From Eledone cirrhosa (taxonomy: Eukaryota), in NCBI GenBank assembly GCA_964016885.1, contig OZ024742.1, positions 63,674,001 to 63,738,000 of the forward strand: DNA of 64,000 nucleotides, given 5' to 3'. Shown piece by piece: positions 38,651 through 51,859 of the stretch. Made by a program: the position numbers and the translations under genes. The notes under the pieces were generated by a model, which ran no database searches, was not told the DNA's origin, and saw only the letters and a list, made by a program, of their open reading frames with translations. How positions within the stretch are numbered: the stretch's first letter is position 1; each line of letters starts with the position of its first letter.

Positions 38651-38971
38651 GATTCGTGGAGTCAAGGGACATGCCGCATCTTAATAACACGGATATTAGC
38701 TCTATAAATAATCCACTCCAAATACTTGATTATCTTCAAAATTATTTGAAAATTGTAGGTAGTATTTTTCATTAGAAATATAGTAATGAATGGGACTTTG
38801 TTACAGCATTTATGTAAAATGCATAAACAGCTTTGAAAAAATCGCAGCATCCAAAATGTGGGAAGGAGCAAAAGAGACGCTAACTGGGGTGTCGCAAATG
38901 AGACATCTACCTCATACCCAAGGGCAAAACCATCGTACCAACCATAATATTATGCCATGTTTGTTTGTGTC

Positions 38972-39014
<43 letters not shown>

Positions 39015-39022
<8 letters not shown>

Positions 39023-39600
39023 ATGCTTTGGGAGGGTCATGTTGCCAATAAGAAACACACGCACCAGTTGCTTTCACTTCAATTTATTATAAATTAAATT
39101 TATAAATTTAGGAATTTATAAATTTCCGGTTGGTTGGTTGGTTCCACAGCCAGACGATTGTTCATATATTGTCAAAGTTCTTTCGTCACACATTCTATGA
39201 CCTCTTCAGTGACTGGGGATGCTTTTCTTTGTTTTTGTGCCTCTCCTTTGTTCTGTCCTACGCCATCTTGTTTTTGTGTGTTGTGTGCTTAGTTTGCGCA
39301 TGTTGTTACATCCAGGTGTCTGTGTGTGTTTATATTTGTTTATTTACATGTTACTGGTTGGTTGTTTGTTCTATGTGTGTGTGTGTTTTCATTTTGTCCT
39401 TAATTGTAAGTTGTGATGTTGCTGTTCCATGTTGCTGAACAATCGTCTGGTTGTGGAACCAACCAACCGGAAATTTATAAATTTAATTTATAATAAATTG
39501 AAGTGAATGCATCGGGTGCGTGTGTTTCTTATTGGCAACCTGACCCTCCCAAAGCATAACAATATCGGTTTCAACACACGTTTTCAGATAAAGAATCTTG
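39015..39600 (-). mobile_element. Non-coding PLE fragment with inverted pLTR
   Basis: Inverted repeat about 39015-39164 / 39436-39565 enclosing an HHR; flanked by (TA)n. Confidence 0.75.
39171..39213 (-). ncRNA. Type I hammerhead ribozyme
   Basis: gtca CTGAAGA g gtca tagaatgtg tgac GAAA gaac TT tgac. Confidence 0.7.
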
Positions 39601-39619
39601 CTAAACAAATTCAGAAACG

Positions 39620-39655
<36 letters not shown>

Positions 39656-39663
<8 letters not shown>

Positions 39664-40190
39664 GACGTAAATAAGAAAATTATGAAAATCGACTTACTTA
39701 CTAAGATTTCACTCCAACTAATTAGTTTCTGTAAGGGAATAAATATGGTTATGGAACGTACCCACAGAGATACCTATGGTTCATGGTAGTGGCTAGGCCC
39801 TTGTCTTATTAGCACTCCACTCCTCACTGATTAACCTCAGTGTCACGTGATTGATTCTTTTGAATTTGCCACTGACCAAGTAGGCAGTGAATTTTTTCAA
39901 TGTCTTGGAATTTAGTCCCCGCTCGCTTTTTTCCATCTACTGAATTATTTTTATATAAGTTCCCAGTGTCCTCGCATTGCCTGGAAGCTTAGCTGAGAAT
40001 AGACTCCCTGATGACGTAAGGTTTCTCTGTGGGTACGTTCCGTAACCATATTTATTCCCTTACAGAAACTAATTAGTTGGAGTGAAATCTTAGTAAGTAA
40101 GTCGATTTTCATAATTTTCTTGTTTACGTCTTTCATATAATTGTTCTGCATCCCCTTGCATAGAACCACAAAGTTACTAAGACAAAACAT
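39656..40190 (+). mobile_element. Non-coding PLE fragment with inverted pLTR
   Basis: Inverted repeat about 39656-39775 / 40019-40138; HHR at 40003. Confidence 0.75.
40003..40083 (+). ncRNA. Type I hammerhead ribozyme with extended stem II
   Basis: actcc CTGATGA c gtaagg...ccttac a GAAA ctaattag TT ggagt; palindromic stem III. Confidence 0.8.
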
Positions 40191-40247
40191 ATATATTTGC
40201 TAGTATAGGTATGCATCTGTATACATATGTTGGTAGATATACTAATT

Positions 40248-40336
<89 letters not shown>

Positions 40337-40532
40337 GGTTTATTGGTTCACCACTGGATAGAATTGGTCATTCCGTATGGTCAATCTCGATGTAATATTA
40401 TGGAGAGTACTCAACTCATCGTAATGCAGCTCACCCGTCTTCGTGTGTGTAGTTGGTGGTGCGAGTACGGAGTTAATTATTATAATAAAATAACAGGAGG
40501 CTGGGCTTGTATAAATCCTTGAAAGGTTTATT

Positions 40533-40590
40533 ATACTATGATCATTTCAATGATCGGGTACCGTATGAATCCGGTGATATCATCAGGTAT
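40533..40590 (-). ncRNA. Hammerhead ribozyme (left arm of fold-back)
   Basis: Reverse complement of 40605-40662. Confidence 0.65.
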
Positions 40591-40604
40591 TTGTTATATT
40601 TCAA

Positions 40605-40662
40605 ATACCTGATGATATCACCGGATTCATACGGAACCCGATCATTGAAATGATCATAGTAT
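40605..40662 (+). ncRNA. Hammerhead ribozyme (right arm of fold-back)
   Basis: atac CTGATGA [irregular stem II] GAAA tgatca TA gtat. Confidence 0.65.
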
Positions 40663-41647
40663 AATAAACCTTTCAAGCATTTACACAAGTCCAGCCCCCT
40701 GTTATTTTATTATAATAAATATATATATATATATATATAGTTGCAGGTTACTAAGGTGCTTATCCGTGAGAGTTGTGTTGCGACATCTCGTTGCCAAACA
40801 GGTGTAAACAGATAAAAGCACTCCACGTCAGTCGTATATATATCGAGCATTACAATGACGATTAAACACAAAGGAGGTTAAGACAGATGTTATGGTTACG
40901 ATTTTACACCAAATAACATAAACATCAAGATGAAAAAATAAATATATATTTAATGGGTAATAAAAGATTGGAATATCTCTTGGGGGAAATATATAATAGA
41001 TAAGAAATGAAAAAAATAAAATAAATTTGTTCACATATTCATGGTAGGGTTGTGGGAGCAGAGACCTCAAACACGTCTTCCAACGGGTCCTGCCACTAAC
41101 AACTGTCTCCAATTGATCCAGCTGGATTAACCGAACTCAAGGATGTCATCTAACCGTCTCACTCAGTTGGTCTCGCTTGGTGACCCAGTCGGATCAATTG
41201 GAGACGATACTATTTATTTGTATTTATAATTCATGTGTCTCTGTGTGTGTGTGTATGTGCACACACACACACACACGAGTATATATACGTCTGAAACTCT
41301 AGAATGTACACAAACAATATACACACAATGCATTTCCTTTATCAGTTACAATAAGTTCTTTCCAATCACCCATAAACAGGTTCACTCGTATAGATATATT
41401 TAGATATATTTTAAACGATTTTAAAGGCACAATAAATTAGGGCCTTACTATATAATAGCGTCGGAAATTATTAGACTTATCAATTTTTAATGGCTTTTGG
41501 ATTGATTTTAAAATAGAAAAAAAGGGCAGGTCCAGTTTAAAGCAACAAAACCAAGTAATTTTTTACAGACTTCGGAATAAACAAGAACGCCCGAAAAAAT
41601 ATCACAAAAACAGCATACATGCATATTTACAAGGTGTATACACACTT

Positions 41648-41720
41648 TGATTACCTGTACAGGCAATATTTATTAGGATGCTGTTGAAGTGTGTATACAT
41701 TTTTTGGTGGACACCCTGTA
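41648..41720. mobile_element. Tc1/mariner-type MITE end
   Basis: Ends ...tggacaccctg-TA (TA-CAGGGTGTCCA on the minus strand); partial inverted partner near 41628. Confidence 0.45.
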
Positions 41721-42616
41721 CATGGCAAGTTGACAAAGAACTATGATTTTTTTTGTTTTGTTTTTGTTTTGTTCCTATCGGTGGAAACATCCAGCACCGT
41801 GAAGTCCCACGAATCACTACCCTACTCAGGTAAAAAGGGCTATCCGTAGTACGAATGTGTGTATCTCCTTCGTTATACTTCAGGTGGGAAGTGGGTTAAC
41901 AGTTATTTATATGCTTAAATAATAAATATAATTACATCAAACCATAACAATATGACTAAATAGGCAGCGCTCATGGGAATATATGTGGCTATTTTGTCTA
42001 CCAAAATTTTTAAATATTTGTAGGCCTCTATCTGATATAACAGAAAAGTGGATAATGAACTTTCACTTAGTCTGTCAACCATATATATAGAGATCACTTG
42101 TTGCGAGTTTTAATTTATAAAAACAACAACACCAACGGTATATATATAAATAATATATATAGTGTGTTTATTATATTATATATAAGCATGTAAATAATAA
42201 GTAAATATATTATGTATATATACTTACCCCAAATAAAAGTTATCCTATATACATGTGTGATAATTCTCCCTTGTTCGCACTCACTTTCTTTCTGTCTTTC
42301 AATCAATAAAATCGTGATTATTTCCTCGTCCTCCTTCTCCCTGTTCGCCTTTCTCACACACTCTTTTGTCTCTGTCGTTCTCTCTCTCTCTCTGATATTG
42401 TTTATTTTCCTTTCCTCTCGGCTGCACAACTCCGCTTCTTTCTTATTTCTAGTAACTAATTGCCTTTAATGAATTTTGTAGTTATCAGTCCTTAATTAAC
42501 TTGACAGTTAATAGTTTAAAGTTAATATATCAAGTTAGTACAAAACATCGAGTTAGTAGCAAACATCGCGGACTGTTTGAAAAGTAGAACTGTACAAATC
42601 AAACATAACAACAGTA

Positions 42617-42832
42617 ACGGTTTCTGATTTACGTACAAGGTCAACAATTTTGGGGAGTGGGGGAAAGTCGATTAAATCGCACCAGTACGTTATTGGTACT
42701 TTATTATTCACCTCGTAAGGATGAAAGGCAAAGTTAGCCTCGGCGGGATTTGAACTCAGAACGTAAAGGGCCGTAGCTCAATACTACAAAGCATGTTGTC
42801 CGACGCTCTACTGATACTGCCAATCCACCACC
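42617..42832 (-). mobile_element. tRNA-derived SINE
   Basis: Head GGTGGATTGGCAGTATCAG, B box GTTCAAATCCC. Confidence 0.85.
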
Positions 42833-43299
42833 CAAACATAATAATAATAATGATTTCATTTATTAGCCACAAGGGGCTACATGTAGGGGACAATACAAAG
42901 ACAGGGACAGTGAGGGTTTACATTAAGGTCGAGTAAAAGGGCACAATGGCAAGACTAATTTAACAATGAAGATATAAAAAATATAAAATAAACTATGCAT
43001 AAATATAACAAAATAAATTCCCCGATAGGGGGTGGAAGACCCTGGGGTGACTCAGGTACCCCACCAATCCTGAACCACCCTGCGCTTCTAGGGTACCCAC
43101 GTTAGCTAGCCTATAGGCGCATGGTCAGAGTAGGCGCATTCACACGGGCCGTTCTCCCCACATTCATCCACCTTTTAGCAAATGTACTGGGGGGCAGCAC
43201 GTCTCTCTCCTCCCTCACCTTCCTTTCCAGGTGAAACTTGAAGAAATTGAAGAGAAAAGTGTCTGTCTTCAGTCCTTTTAATCTGGTCCACCATATAAC

Positions 43300-45193
43300 T
43301 GTAGCGAAATCTGTCCGCGCCTTGAACTTTGGATGATACCTAAAGGTTAAATTTTAGGTCACCACATTTATTAAAACAAAAACGAAATGGTATTTAAAAA
43401 AAAAAAAAGATACACGCAGCCTTTTTGATCTGATCATTGCTTTATTTGGCAACCTCAGCAATATACAGTTACCAAACACTTTCACTTGCTTCGTAATCTC
43501 CACCAATAACAATGGACAATTACTACTAGCTTCCTAGCAAGAAAACATCACATAGGGAAGAGAAAACAGAACTTGTTGCAAAGAACAATTATAAAAATAA
43601 TTTTTTTTTTTTTTTTCAGGTTGTATATGAATGTCATTTATATATATTTTTTGTTATTATATCCCGCCGAGGTTGACTTTGCCTTTCATCCTTACGGGGT
43701 CGATAAAATAAAGTACCAGTAATGCACTGGATAATTACTGGCCTTGTGCCTGAAGTAGAAACAATTATTATTATTCGTTTTATGCCTGTATGAATAACAT
43801 GTTTTACATCAAACACACAACATTTTCCTTGTCACACACCAACATGTTTGTGTCTGTGGTATATTCTGGTTCGGTTGGGTCTCTGCGGGATCACTTTTCG
43901 ACTGGTCGAGGTACGGCGAAAGCTATGTAACACATGATAATCAGCCAACGGTTACTTTTAACTCGACTCACTGAGCGCACACTGATGTCATAGCATAAAC
44001 CGCGACTCACGGGAAGAGAATCTTACGTATGATAATACATCGAGATTCAATTGGTCAAGGTTCGACAATAGCTATTTAACACATGATAATCAAACCACGG
44101 TTACTCAATTGCTCGACTCACTGAGCAGGCAAACTCAAAATTGCACATACTCATGTCATAGCGTAAACCTCGACTCAATGAAGAGAATCTTACGTATGAT
44201 TATACATCGAGAGAAATAGTCCTCTGTGTTGTCATGCCGTAATCCGATACCGTAACCCATCCATCAATGCACAACAGTTCGAAATACATGACCACAACTT
44301 TGTATTTTTACAGTTCCTTCTAAATGTTACACACACACATGCATACTCAGTCATACTATATTTTTTTATGTCTCCAAATTTCTCTACACTCGAAGTGCGG
44401 GCGCGGTACCCACATTTTGTGTGTTTTGGGGACACGCTTCTAGGAATCAGATTCCGCTACCCCTTTTATAATCGATCGCTGCTCCAGCATCGATCTGGGT
44501 AGGGAACTAATGTAGCGAAATCTGTCCGCGCCTTGAACTTTGGGTGATACCTAAAGGTTACATTTTAGGTCACCATATTTATTGTTAACAAGTTCAGGTT
44601 GGGGGGACAGGAAGTGACAGCTGTATACAGACCATGTACAAGCCATTCCACACAGAGACATCGAACCGATAGGATATACAACTAACTATGTAAGGATTAC
44701 TCCTATCAACAGATCCCTTTGGTCTACCAACAGACCCCATGAAATCTACAGATACACACACAGAGATTGGAACCTCTGTTACTACAGACTACACCGCTGT
44801 ATGCAGTTCACGGTATTTCTCAGTTACTACAGACCTTTCAGAGCTATACATACCATACTCTCTAACACGGTCTAACAACTATTACCATGAATTCCAACAA
44901 CAACAACAATTATCTGTAACTCGCTGTTTTAACACCAACAACAACAACAGACTACAACAGCCTCACATCAGAAACGATAACAACTTTAACAACCATTGGT
45001 AACTGTTTTTATATGTACTTATTAAAAGATTCACGTGAAGTAAACTATATATAACCAAATCATATATTCTTATATTCTTCATATTATATTCATGTTATTA
45101 TCATAACAACTAAATAACCAACATATTTATTCTATACATATTACCATACTTTCCATTATATAACTATTTCTTTAATATTCAAACCTTCGTTAA
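43300..45193 (+). mobile_element. Non-coding LTR retroelement relic
   Basis: 5-bp TSD ATAAC (43295-99 and 45194-98); starts TGTAGCG; the first 73 bp or so repeat at 44511 after a purine-rich PPT-like tract; ends CGTTAA, close to the inverted terminus. Confidence 0.65.
43660..43775 (+). mobile_element. tRNA-derived SINE, 3' part
   Basis: Family core plus (ATT)n tail. Confidence 0.8.
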
Positions 45194-48100
45194 ATAACCT
45201 CTTTCGCAACGGCCACCAGACAGAGGAAAATTTCCTGCTCTTCCTGACCTAAGGAAGGTGGCGGGTCGATCTTCACTATGGACTCGGCTGATAGCCGGAT
45301 TCGTTCCACACGCGACAGTAATGCACGGACATTGGACAAGTGCGTGCAGAACGGTTTCGTCGTTCTGTGCGCATCTTGGGCAGGTCCGTCTGACAGCACT
45401 TCCGTGCCTGTAGAGTTTATCCCGAACCGGCAGTGCCCCCCGGTAGCACTGCCAAGCGAGGGATTTCTGGAAATTGTCCATCATCCCCGGCTCGAAAGTC
45501 CTCCGGTACAGACTGGTCAGTTCGACTTCGTCGAGGCCCAAAACTTCTCCGAGTGCGTCATTGCTCTTACCCACCACTAATCTTCTATAGAACTTGAGAG
45601 TGGAAATTCCACTGATCGCATTGCTCGCTTGGTAGAGGGCAGTGAGTGCCTGGCAACATTCCAGGTGCCAGTCACCCAGTCTCGGTCTCTTCTTGACCCA
45701 GGACTGCAGCTCAGTCAAAGGAACAAGCTGCGGAAACGCCCGTCTGATAAACGGTGACCACACATGTTCACGTTTAGGCAGAATATCTGGAGATGTCGCA
45801 GCCTCGACGCATGTCTGCGCATCATTAGCCACGGCATGCCCAGCCCTCTGCGTAGTGGGTGCTGGCAGCAGATGGACCGCCTCACCAACGGAACTTGTCC
45901 CCTCCACAAGAATTTGAAGAGGAGCCATTCCAACTTGACGAGGCGCGGACGGGGGAAAGGCACGGCGGTCAGGCGGTAGTAGATGACGGACGCGATGTAC
46001 GCATTCGCCACCTCCGCGCGACCTTTCAGTGATAGCTTCCTCCCAGCCCATTTTTGGGTGAGACTGGCTACTCTGTTCGTTACCTCGTCCCAATTCTTTT
46101 CGACCTGGAGGTCTGGTCCGAACTAAACCCCGAGCAACTTTACCGGTCCGTCCGTTCAGCGCCCCACAACGCTGTTGGACGGCATAGGCTTGCCTCTCCA
46201 GGTTCCGAGCTGCAAGCCTACCGACTTTTCCGGGTTAAGTTTGGCTCCTGTCAACCTTTTATATTCCTTCCTGAGTTGTCCGACACCATCACGGTGATGT
46301 CATCCGCATAAGCCGACACCGCCTTTCCACGTTCCGGTTCGAGTGGGATGCCCTGCAACAGCTCCAGCTTCCGCAGTAAAGGCTCGAGAGTCAATACGTA
46401 CAGAAGAGAAGAGAGAGGGCACCCTTGACGTACGGATCGGGAGAGCTGAAATGGTTCAGAGAGGTGGCCATTAACCTTGACCACCGAGCGTGTGCCGCTG
46501 TGCATTGCAGCGATCCAGCTTCTGAAGACAGCGCCGAAGCTAGCCGCTTTGAGGACAAACTCCAGATACCGATGGTCGACCCTATCGAATGCTTTCGATT
46601 GATCTAAATTGATCAGTGCCCCACCGAAGCCAGGTTTACACCCTACCCTCTCTATGATGTATCGCATGAGGTGGAGATTGTCGTGTATGGACCTGGCTGG
46701 GATTGCGCAAGTTTGCGCCTCCCCAACCAAATCCTCGACGACAAGCGCCAATCTCTTTGCTAACACCTTGGCCAAAATCTTAAACTCTGTGTTGAGCAGA
46801 GTTATGGGCCTGAAGTTGTCTAATGTATCTCTCTTGTTCTCGTCTTTTCTTATCAGCGTCACCGCTCCCCTGCTCACAGAACTTGGAATACTCCCATTCT
46901 GCTGCCAGTTGCAGTAGAGTGCTTCGAGGAGATCGGAGAACAAGTCTGGCATATTTACGTAAAGCTCGTAGGGCAAGCCATCCAAACCGGTGACTTGCGC
47001 CTCATACAGCCGATAACGGTGTCCTGAATTTCGGCTGAAGTAATCGGCCTTTCGCAGCGCTCAGCGTCGACCGTCGAGATGCGCGACAAGCCGTCAAGGT
47101 AGGGACTGAAATCCGCTACTCTCTCTGACTCGCCACTCCCTCCGAACAACCGAGCAAAGTGCTGGCGAAAGGCCTCACACATCCGCTTGGAATCGCTTAT
47201 CTCATGTCCGTCTCGGTCCGCCAAAGACCGAATTGTTGTTTTATTACCACGCTGCGCCTCCGCCACGCGGGCCCATCGAACAGCTTTGGTTCCCTCGTTT
47301 CTCAGCTCACGCGCCTTAGCTCTGACAATGCAACCTTCGTGTTTCGCATTGAAGAAATGGTCTAATGCCATTCTCGCCGCTAGCACGTCAGTTGTAATGC
47401 CACTACAAATAGCCTCGTCTAACTTATCTACCAGCTCCCCCTCCTTTCTATTTTTCTCTAACGCTAGTTCTTTGCTGAACTCTATGGAAGTTACTCTAAT
47501 CTCTCTTTTGAGAGCCCCCCACCATCTGTTGTTGATGATCCTCTCTGTCAACTTTTGCTTAACTAAATTGTAGACTCGATCCATGTAAGCCTTACGTGCC
47601 GGAAATGACATGTTTAGCTTCCAGTAACCCGGTCCCAACCTATGCGTTTTATCTAGGTCGACCATACACATCACAAATTCGTGATCTGAATAGGCGACCG
47701 TTTTAAAAAGTGGGCAGCCTACAATATTTCTATCTATTTTCCTAATGAAGATCCTGTCTATATACGATCTAGATGACCCCTTGCGGTTGGTCCATGTCCA
47801 CACTGGCGCATTGGGGAAATCTAGTCGATACCTGTCAGACAGTTGGAACTGTAGGGACGTAGACGGCCAGCCTTCTAAAGGCACCATCTTCGCTACTGCT
47901 CACATCCAAGACCACCAACTTACCGTCCGGGTCCCGGAAGGTCGACCTTACCTCGATATCCAGTCCTTTCCTAAACAGCACTGCCACCCCACCTCCCATT
48001 CCCGGCCTGCTAACAGATGCGAAGATCTGATAGTCGTCGAAAATGGGGGCTAGTGCGCGCGTGTCGGAAATTCTGGTCTCGCTGACGGCAATCACATCCA

Positions 48101-49914
48101 TTTCCAGCGACCTGAGGTCGTTGAGCAGGCGACGCTGCTTCCAGGGTAACCCCAGGCCGCGAACATTTAAACTTCCTACTCTTAATATGGCCATGTTGGC
48201 AAGCTAAAAGAGAGAGAGGGAAGGTTTACTTACCTCCCGGGGTGTTGTGAAGGTCGGGTGGTTCGACCTCCATGGTTGATGGTGTTTCTTTTGGGAACCC
48301 CTTTAAAAGTCTCGATGTGGGTTTCACATTCGGGGTTCCCACGTCTTGAGGAAAGCTCTCCCGAATTTCTTTGAAGGAATCGAGTGACATTCGGACCAGA
48401 AGCAAATCTTCTGGCACGCAAAATGTGCTCATTTCAAAGATCTCCCCCCCCCCCCCGTTTGAATGTCCTCGTTTCGTGTTAAGAGGGTCATCAGTTTATC
48501 GTTGGCCCTTCTGACAAGCACGAAGTTTTTAACATTTTGTTGGTGTGGTTTTATTTGTTTTCGTTTTGGTGACTGTGGTGGTGATGGTTTTGGTGGTGTT
48601 GTTTCGGGTATGTCTGTGTTTGTTGTAGGTGTTGTGTCTGCAATTTCAGGTATTTGTGTGTTTTTGTACTTGTGTTTGTTTAGGTTGTTTGCGTTTCGGG
48701 GATTGTGGGAGGAGGGTGTCGATGTTGCTGTTGGTGCTGATGTTATTGGGGAAGTGTTTGCGTTAGTGGTGTCTGTACTTTTTGTTGCGTTTGTTTTTGT
48801 GTTTTGTTGGGGCTTTTTTTTTTGTGAGTTTTCTCTGTTTTTTTTTTCACTTTTGGGTTTTCCTTCATCTTCGCTGCTGGAAGACAAAGGGTCTGTGGCT
48901 GTGAGTGTCTCTGTGTCTGTGTGTGCGCTTATTGTTTTGTCTATGTGTATAATTGGGGGGGGGGCTTACCTCGTTTACCCCTTGGATTGGTTTCGGTGGT
49001 GGTCCGGCTGTTTTTGATGTTAGTGTCCGTGTCTTTGTTGGTGTTGTTTTTGGTGGTGGTGGTGCAGATTTCCGTGCTGACACTAGCGTTGGCAACAAAC
49101 GAGGTTTGCGACCCCCTGCATGTTTGCGCTGAGGGCAGAAGGCTTGCAGATGCGTTGCTTCCCCGCAGACGAAGCAGTGTGGCCTTCTTCCCTCAGTGAT
49201 TAGTTGGATTGTTGTCCCGTCCTGCAGGCGGGCAAAATCCGGGATGTTGTTCATGTCCTCTGGTTTCATTTGGAGAAGAATCTCCAAATCCATTCTGGAC
49301 CAGTCTTCTCTCTCTGTTTTTTTGATATCCAGGAGGGTAGTGTCTGTCCTCTCCTCGATTACGCATCCCAGGAGCCAATAATAATAATAACAATAAATAC
49401 TTTAGGCACAATGCCAGCAATTTTGGGGGGAGGGGAAAGTAGATTAAATCGACCTCCTGTGTATTACTGAAGGCCGTTCTTCACCGGAAATGTTCGTAAA
49501 CCGAAGCTATTTTTTTTTCCATACGAAGTGTTGAGAGAGAAATACAGTGAGATAGAGACTGTGTGTGATAGATACATATATATCACCATAGTAACTAACT
49601 ACATAGCAAGTATAACTATCTACACAACCAAGCCCATGCAACACACCTGAAAGTCGTTTAGATCAAGTGATGCCTGTGTTTGAAGCTTTTTCAAGTGAAA
49701 AAAGGACTTGCACTGGACCAATCTCACTCTCTGAACAACGGTGACAGGTATCCAAAAAGAAGAACAAGTCATCATTATTGGCTGCCATCGAGTCGCAGGT
49801 TTTACATCAAGAGCTTTCTTTCTAGAATGATGTCCCAACAAGGACCAAGTACCCCTGAAACCTAATAGCCTAACCGCATGCTCGAGTATTTCCATGTCCT
49901 TGCGCATATATATA

Positions 49915-50180
49915 TTTCTTCTTCTCCTTGGCCCATTTATTTCTGAGAAGGTCGTGGGGACAGAGTCCTCAAACACTCCTTTCAGCGGGTTCTGTCAGAA
50001 GCAACTGTCTCCAACTGATCCGGCTGGATCCCCAAGCTTGACCAGCCAAGCTCATGGATGTTATCCAACTATCTTGCTTTGGGTCTACCCCTGGGTCTCC
50101 TGCCGGTTGGTTTTGCCCATAGAATCTATCCAGTGATTCTTTCCTAAGACATTCTAACCACATGCCCATAGTATCGGGGC
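49915..50180 (-). mobile_element. RTE 3' end, second family
   Basis: AKPTGRRPRGRPKA...ELGWS; (AGA)n tail; homologous to 52568-52850. Confidence 0.65.
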
Positions 50181-50819
50181 TATGATCTTACAATTCGGAA
50201 AAGTAGCGGTTCTACCTGGATCGATTACGTTCGTTCCTGACTGGAATCGAATATAATCGATCGTTTCTCGAGCTGATCGGCAGTGAAACATATGTAATAT
50301 GTGATTAAATATGTACATGATGCAACACTGATTCTTTGTTCCATAATCTATACTATAAAGCTGACGGCTGTATGTAGGTAACAAACTTTCCGCTAAACGG
50401 CTTCACCAAACAGCACCAAATTTGCACCATAGATGTAACTTTTTCCAAGTAAAAAAGTGAGGGTATTTTTGTTTACTGAATTTTCTTAAAAGATTAAAGA
50501 CGTTATTTAAATATTCAAATGTTAACACTTCCGGTTATAAGTTATTCCTCACTTTTTCTTATGACGTCGCACAACATGCCCCTCTTTTTCATAGTCTGTC
50601 TTTTTAGATAGATACATAGCTATAACGTAGCACCCTTATAATATGTCTCTGTATGTTTGACTGTCTGCGTTAGATAACGTTTTTCGAAATATTTACTGCG
50701 TTCACAGACGGATTTTTTTAGTTTCAGAAGATCCCGTTAAGGGTGAAAGCAGCAATTTTTTAATCTGTTATTTTAATATATATATTCATGTACAGATATT
50801 TTTGCATACACAAAAACAC

Positions 50820-51445
50820 AAAAACCTATTAATTTCACGAAAGCACAGACGGCTTATTGTCATTGTTACTGTTTGATGTTAGAGGACCATAGTCTTTCCA
50901 AGATCTGAGAACCATCAATGGCTATCAATGTTCCACTTACCGTTTGGCTTGCCAGATGCGTGGTATGTTACACGATGACAGCCATTGGCACCTCACTCTG
51001 CAAGAAGCAGCAACTGCTAAAGTCCCTTCTCAGCTGCGAAAACTTTTTGCTTAAGCTGCACAACTGCGATCTCGCCGATCCTCTCGCACTGTGGAACAAC
51101 CACCATGAAAGTCTAGCTGAGGTCATTCTCCACCGCACACGGAGACACAATCCAAACGTAACATATGATGTCGTTTTCAATGAGGCGCTCATTTGTCTTG
51201 AAAACAGTGTGCTGGAGATTGGTGGTAGGCCTCTAAGTCACTACAGCTTACCTGCTCCTGACAGGAGTGTCCAGAGGTCAACGTCTACAGAGCTTCTCCG
51301 CGAGACGAGCTACGAAATCAGCTATTCTCCCATGGTCAATTGTATGTAGGATGCTCTAGGGTGAACTCGCCAAACAATCTCTTCATCTTTGCTCAGGAGG
51401 GCCGAACAAAAAATATTGTATACTCTGAGGTTCTAACAATGTAAT
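50820..51445 (+). mobile_element. Internally deleted Helitron RepHel remnant
   Basis: LLLFDVRGP*SFQDLRTING...LACQMRGML, LWNNHHESLAE, and the helicase end TKNIVYSEVL. Confidence 0.75.
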
Positions 51446-51859
51446 TTAAATATTTTCTGTTACTTGAAATTTCCATTATGGTTTGTGGGATGTGAGCTTT
51501 ATGTACTCTTATATACCTTTTGAGACCAAAAATTGATTTGCAGATGAAGAGAAAGTGTTGCGTACAGTTGATTTTGCATGTGGTTTTAAATAAGCGATAT
51601 ACCAAAATTTAGGAAACAATATATGACCACATGCTTCCCATCACCAGCACCCAATGCGGTCACTGAGGTTCATATTGTAGCCCATACGAAGCCAACGGTT
51701 AAGCCTCTCGCGTTCAAGACGTCCATTTTCAAACATTCTGCAACCTTCCCCCACATGTCTCTTCCATTCAGTCTTCTCTAAAGCTAGCACTTCCTAATCC
51801 TGTATGTCAATCTGTAGATCCCTAAGTTTGTTTTTTACGCAGTCCTTGTTTATTTTTCC

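Larger units (their letters stand above)
42838..49377 (-). mobile_element. L1/Tx1-clade LINE, 5'-truncated and interrupted by an insertion at 43300-45193
   Basis: ORF1 CCHC knuckle CFVCGEATHLQAFC; ORF2 SLNVRGL, VSET, SYIDRIF, SDH, WKLN, RPITLLN, KAFDRV, RQGCPLS, YADD, CPRC...ETVLHALVQC; C-terminus resumes at 43299 (WWTRLKG...RWMNV); (ATT)n tail. Confidence 0.92.

Noticed and set aside
48463-49017. 184-aa hydrophobic ORF as a membrane protein
   Set aside because: Antisense shadow of the low-complexity Thr/Pro/Lys-rich Tx1 ORF1.
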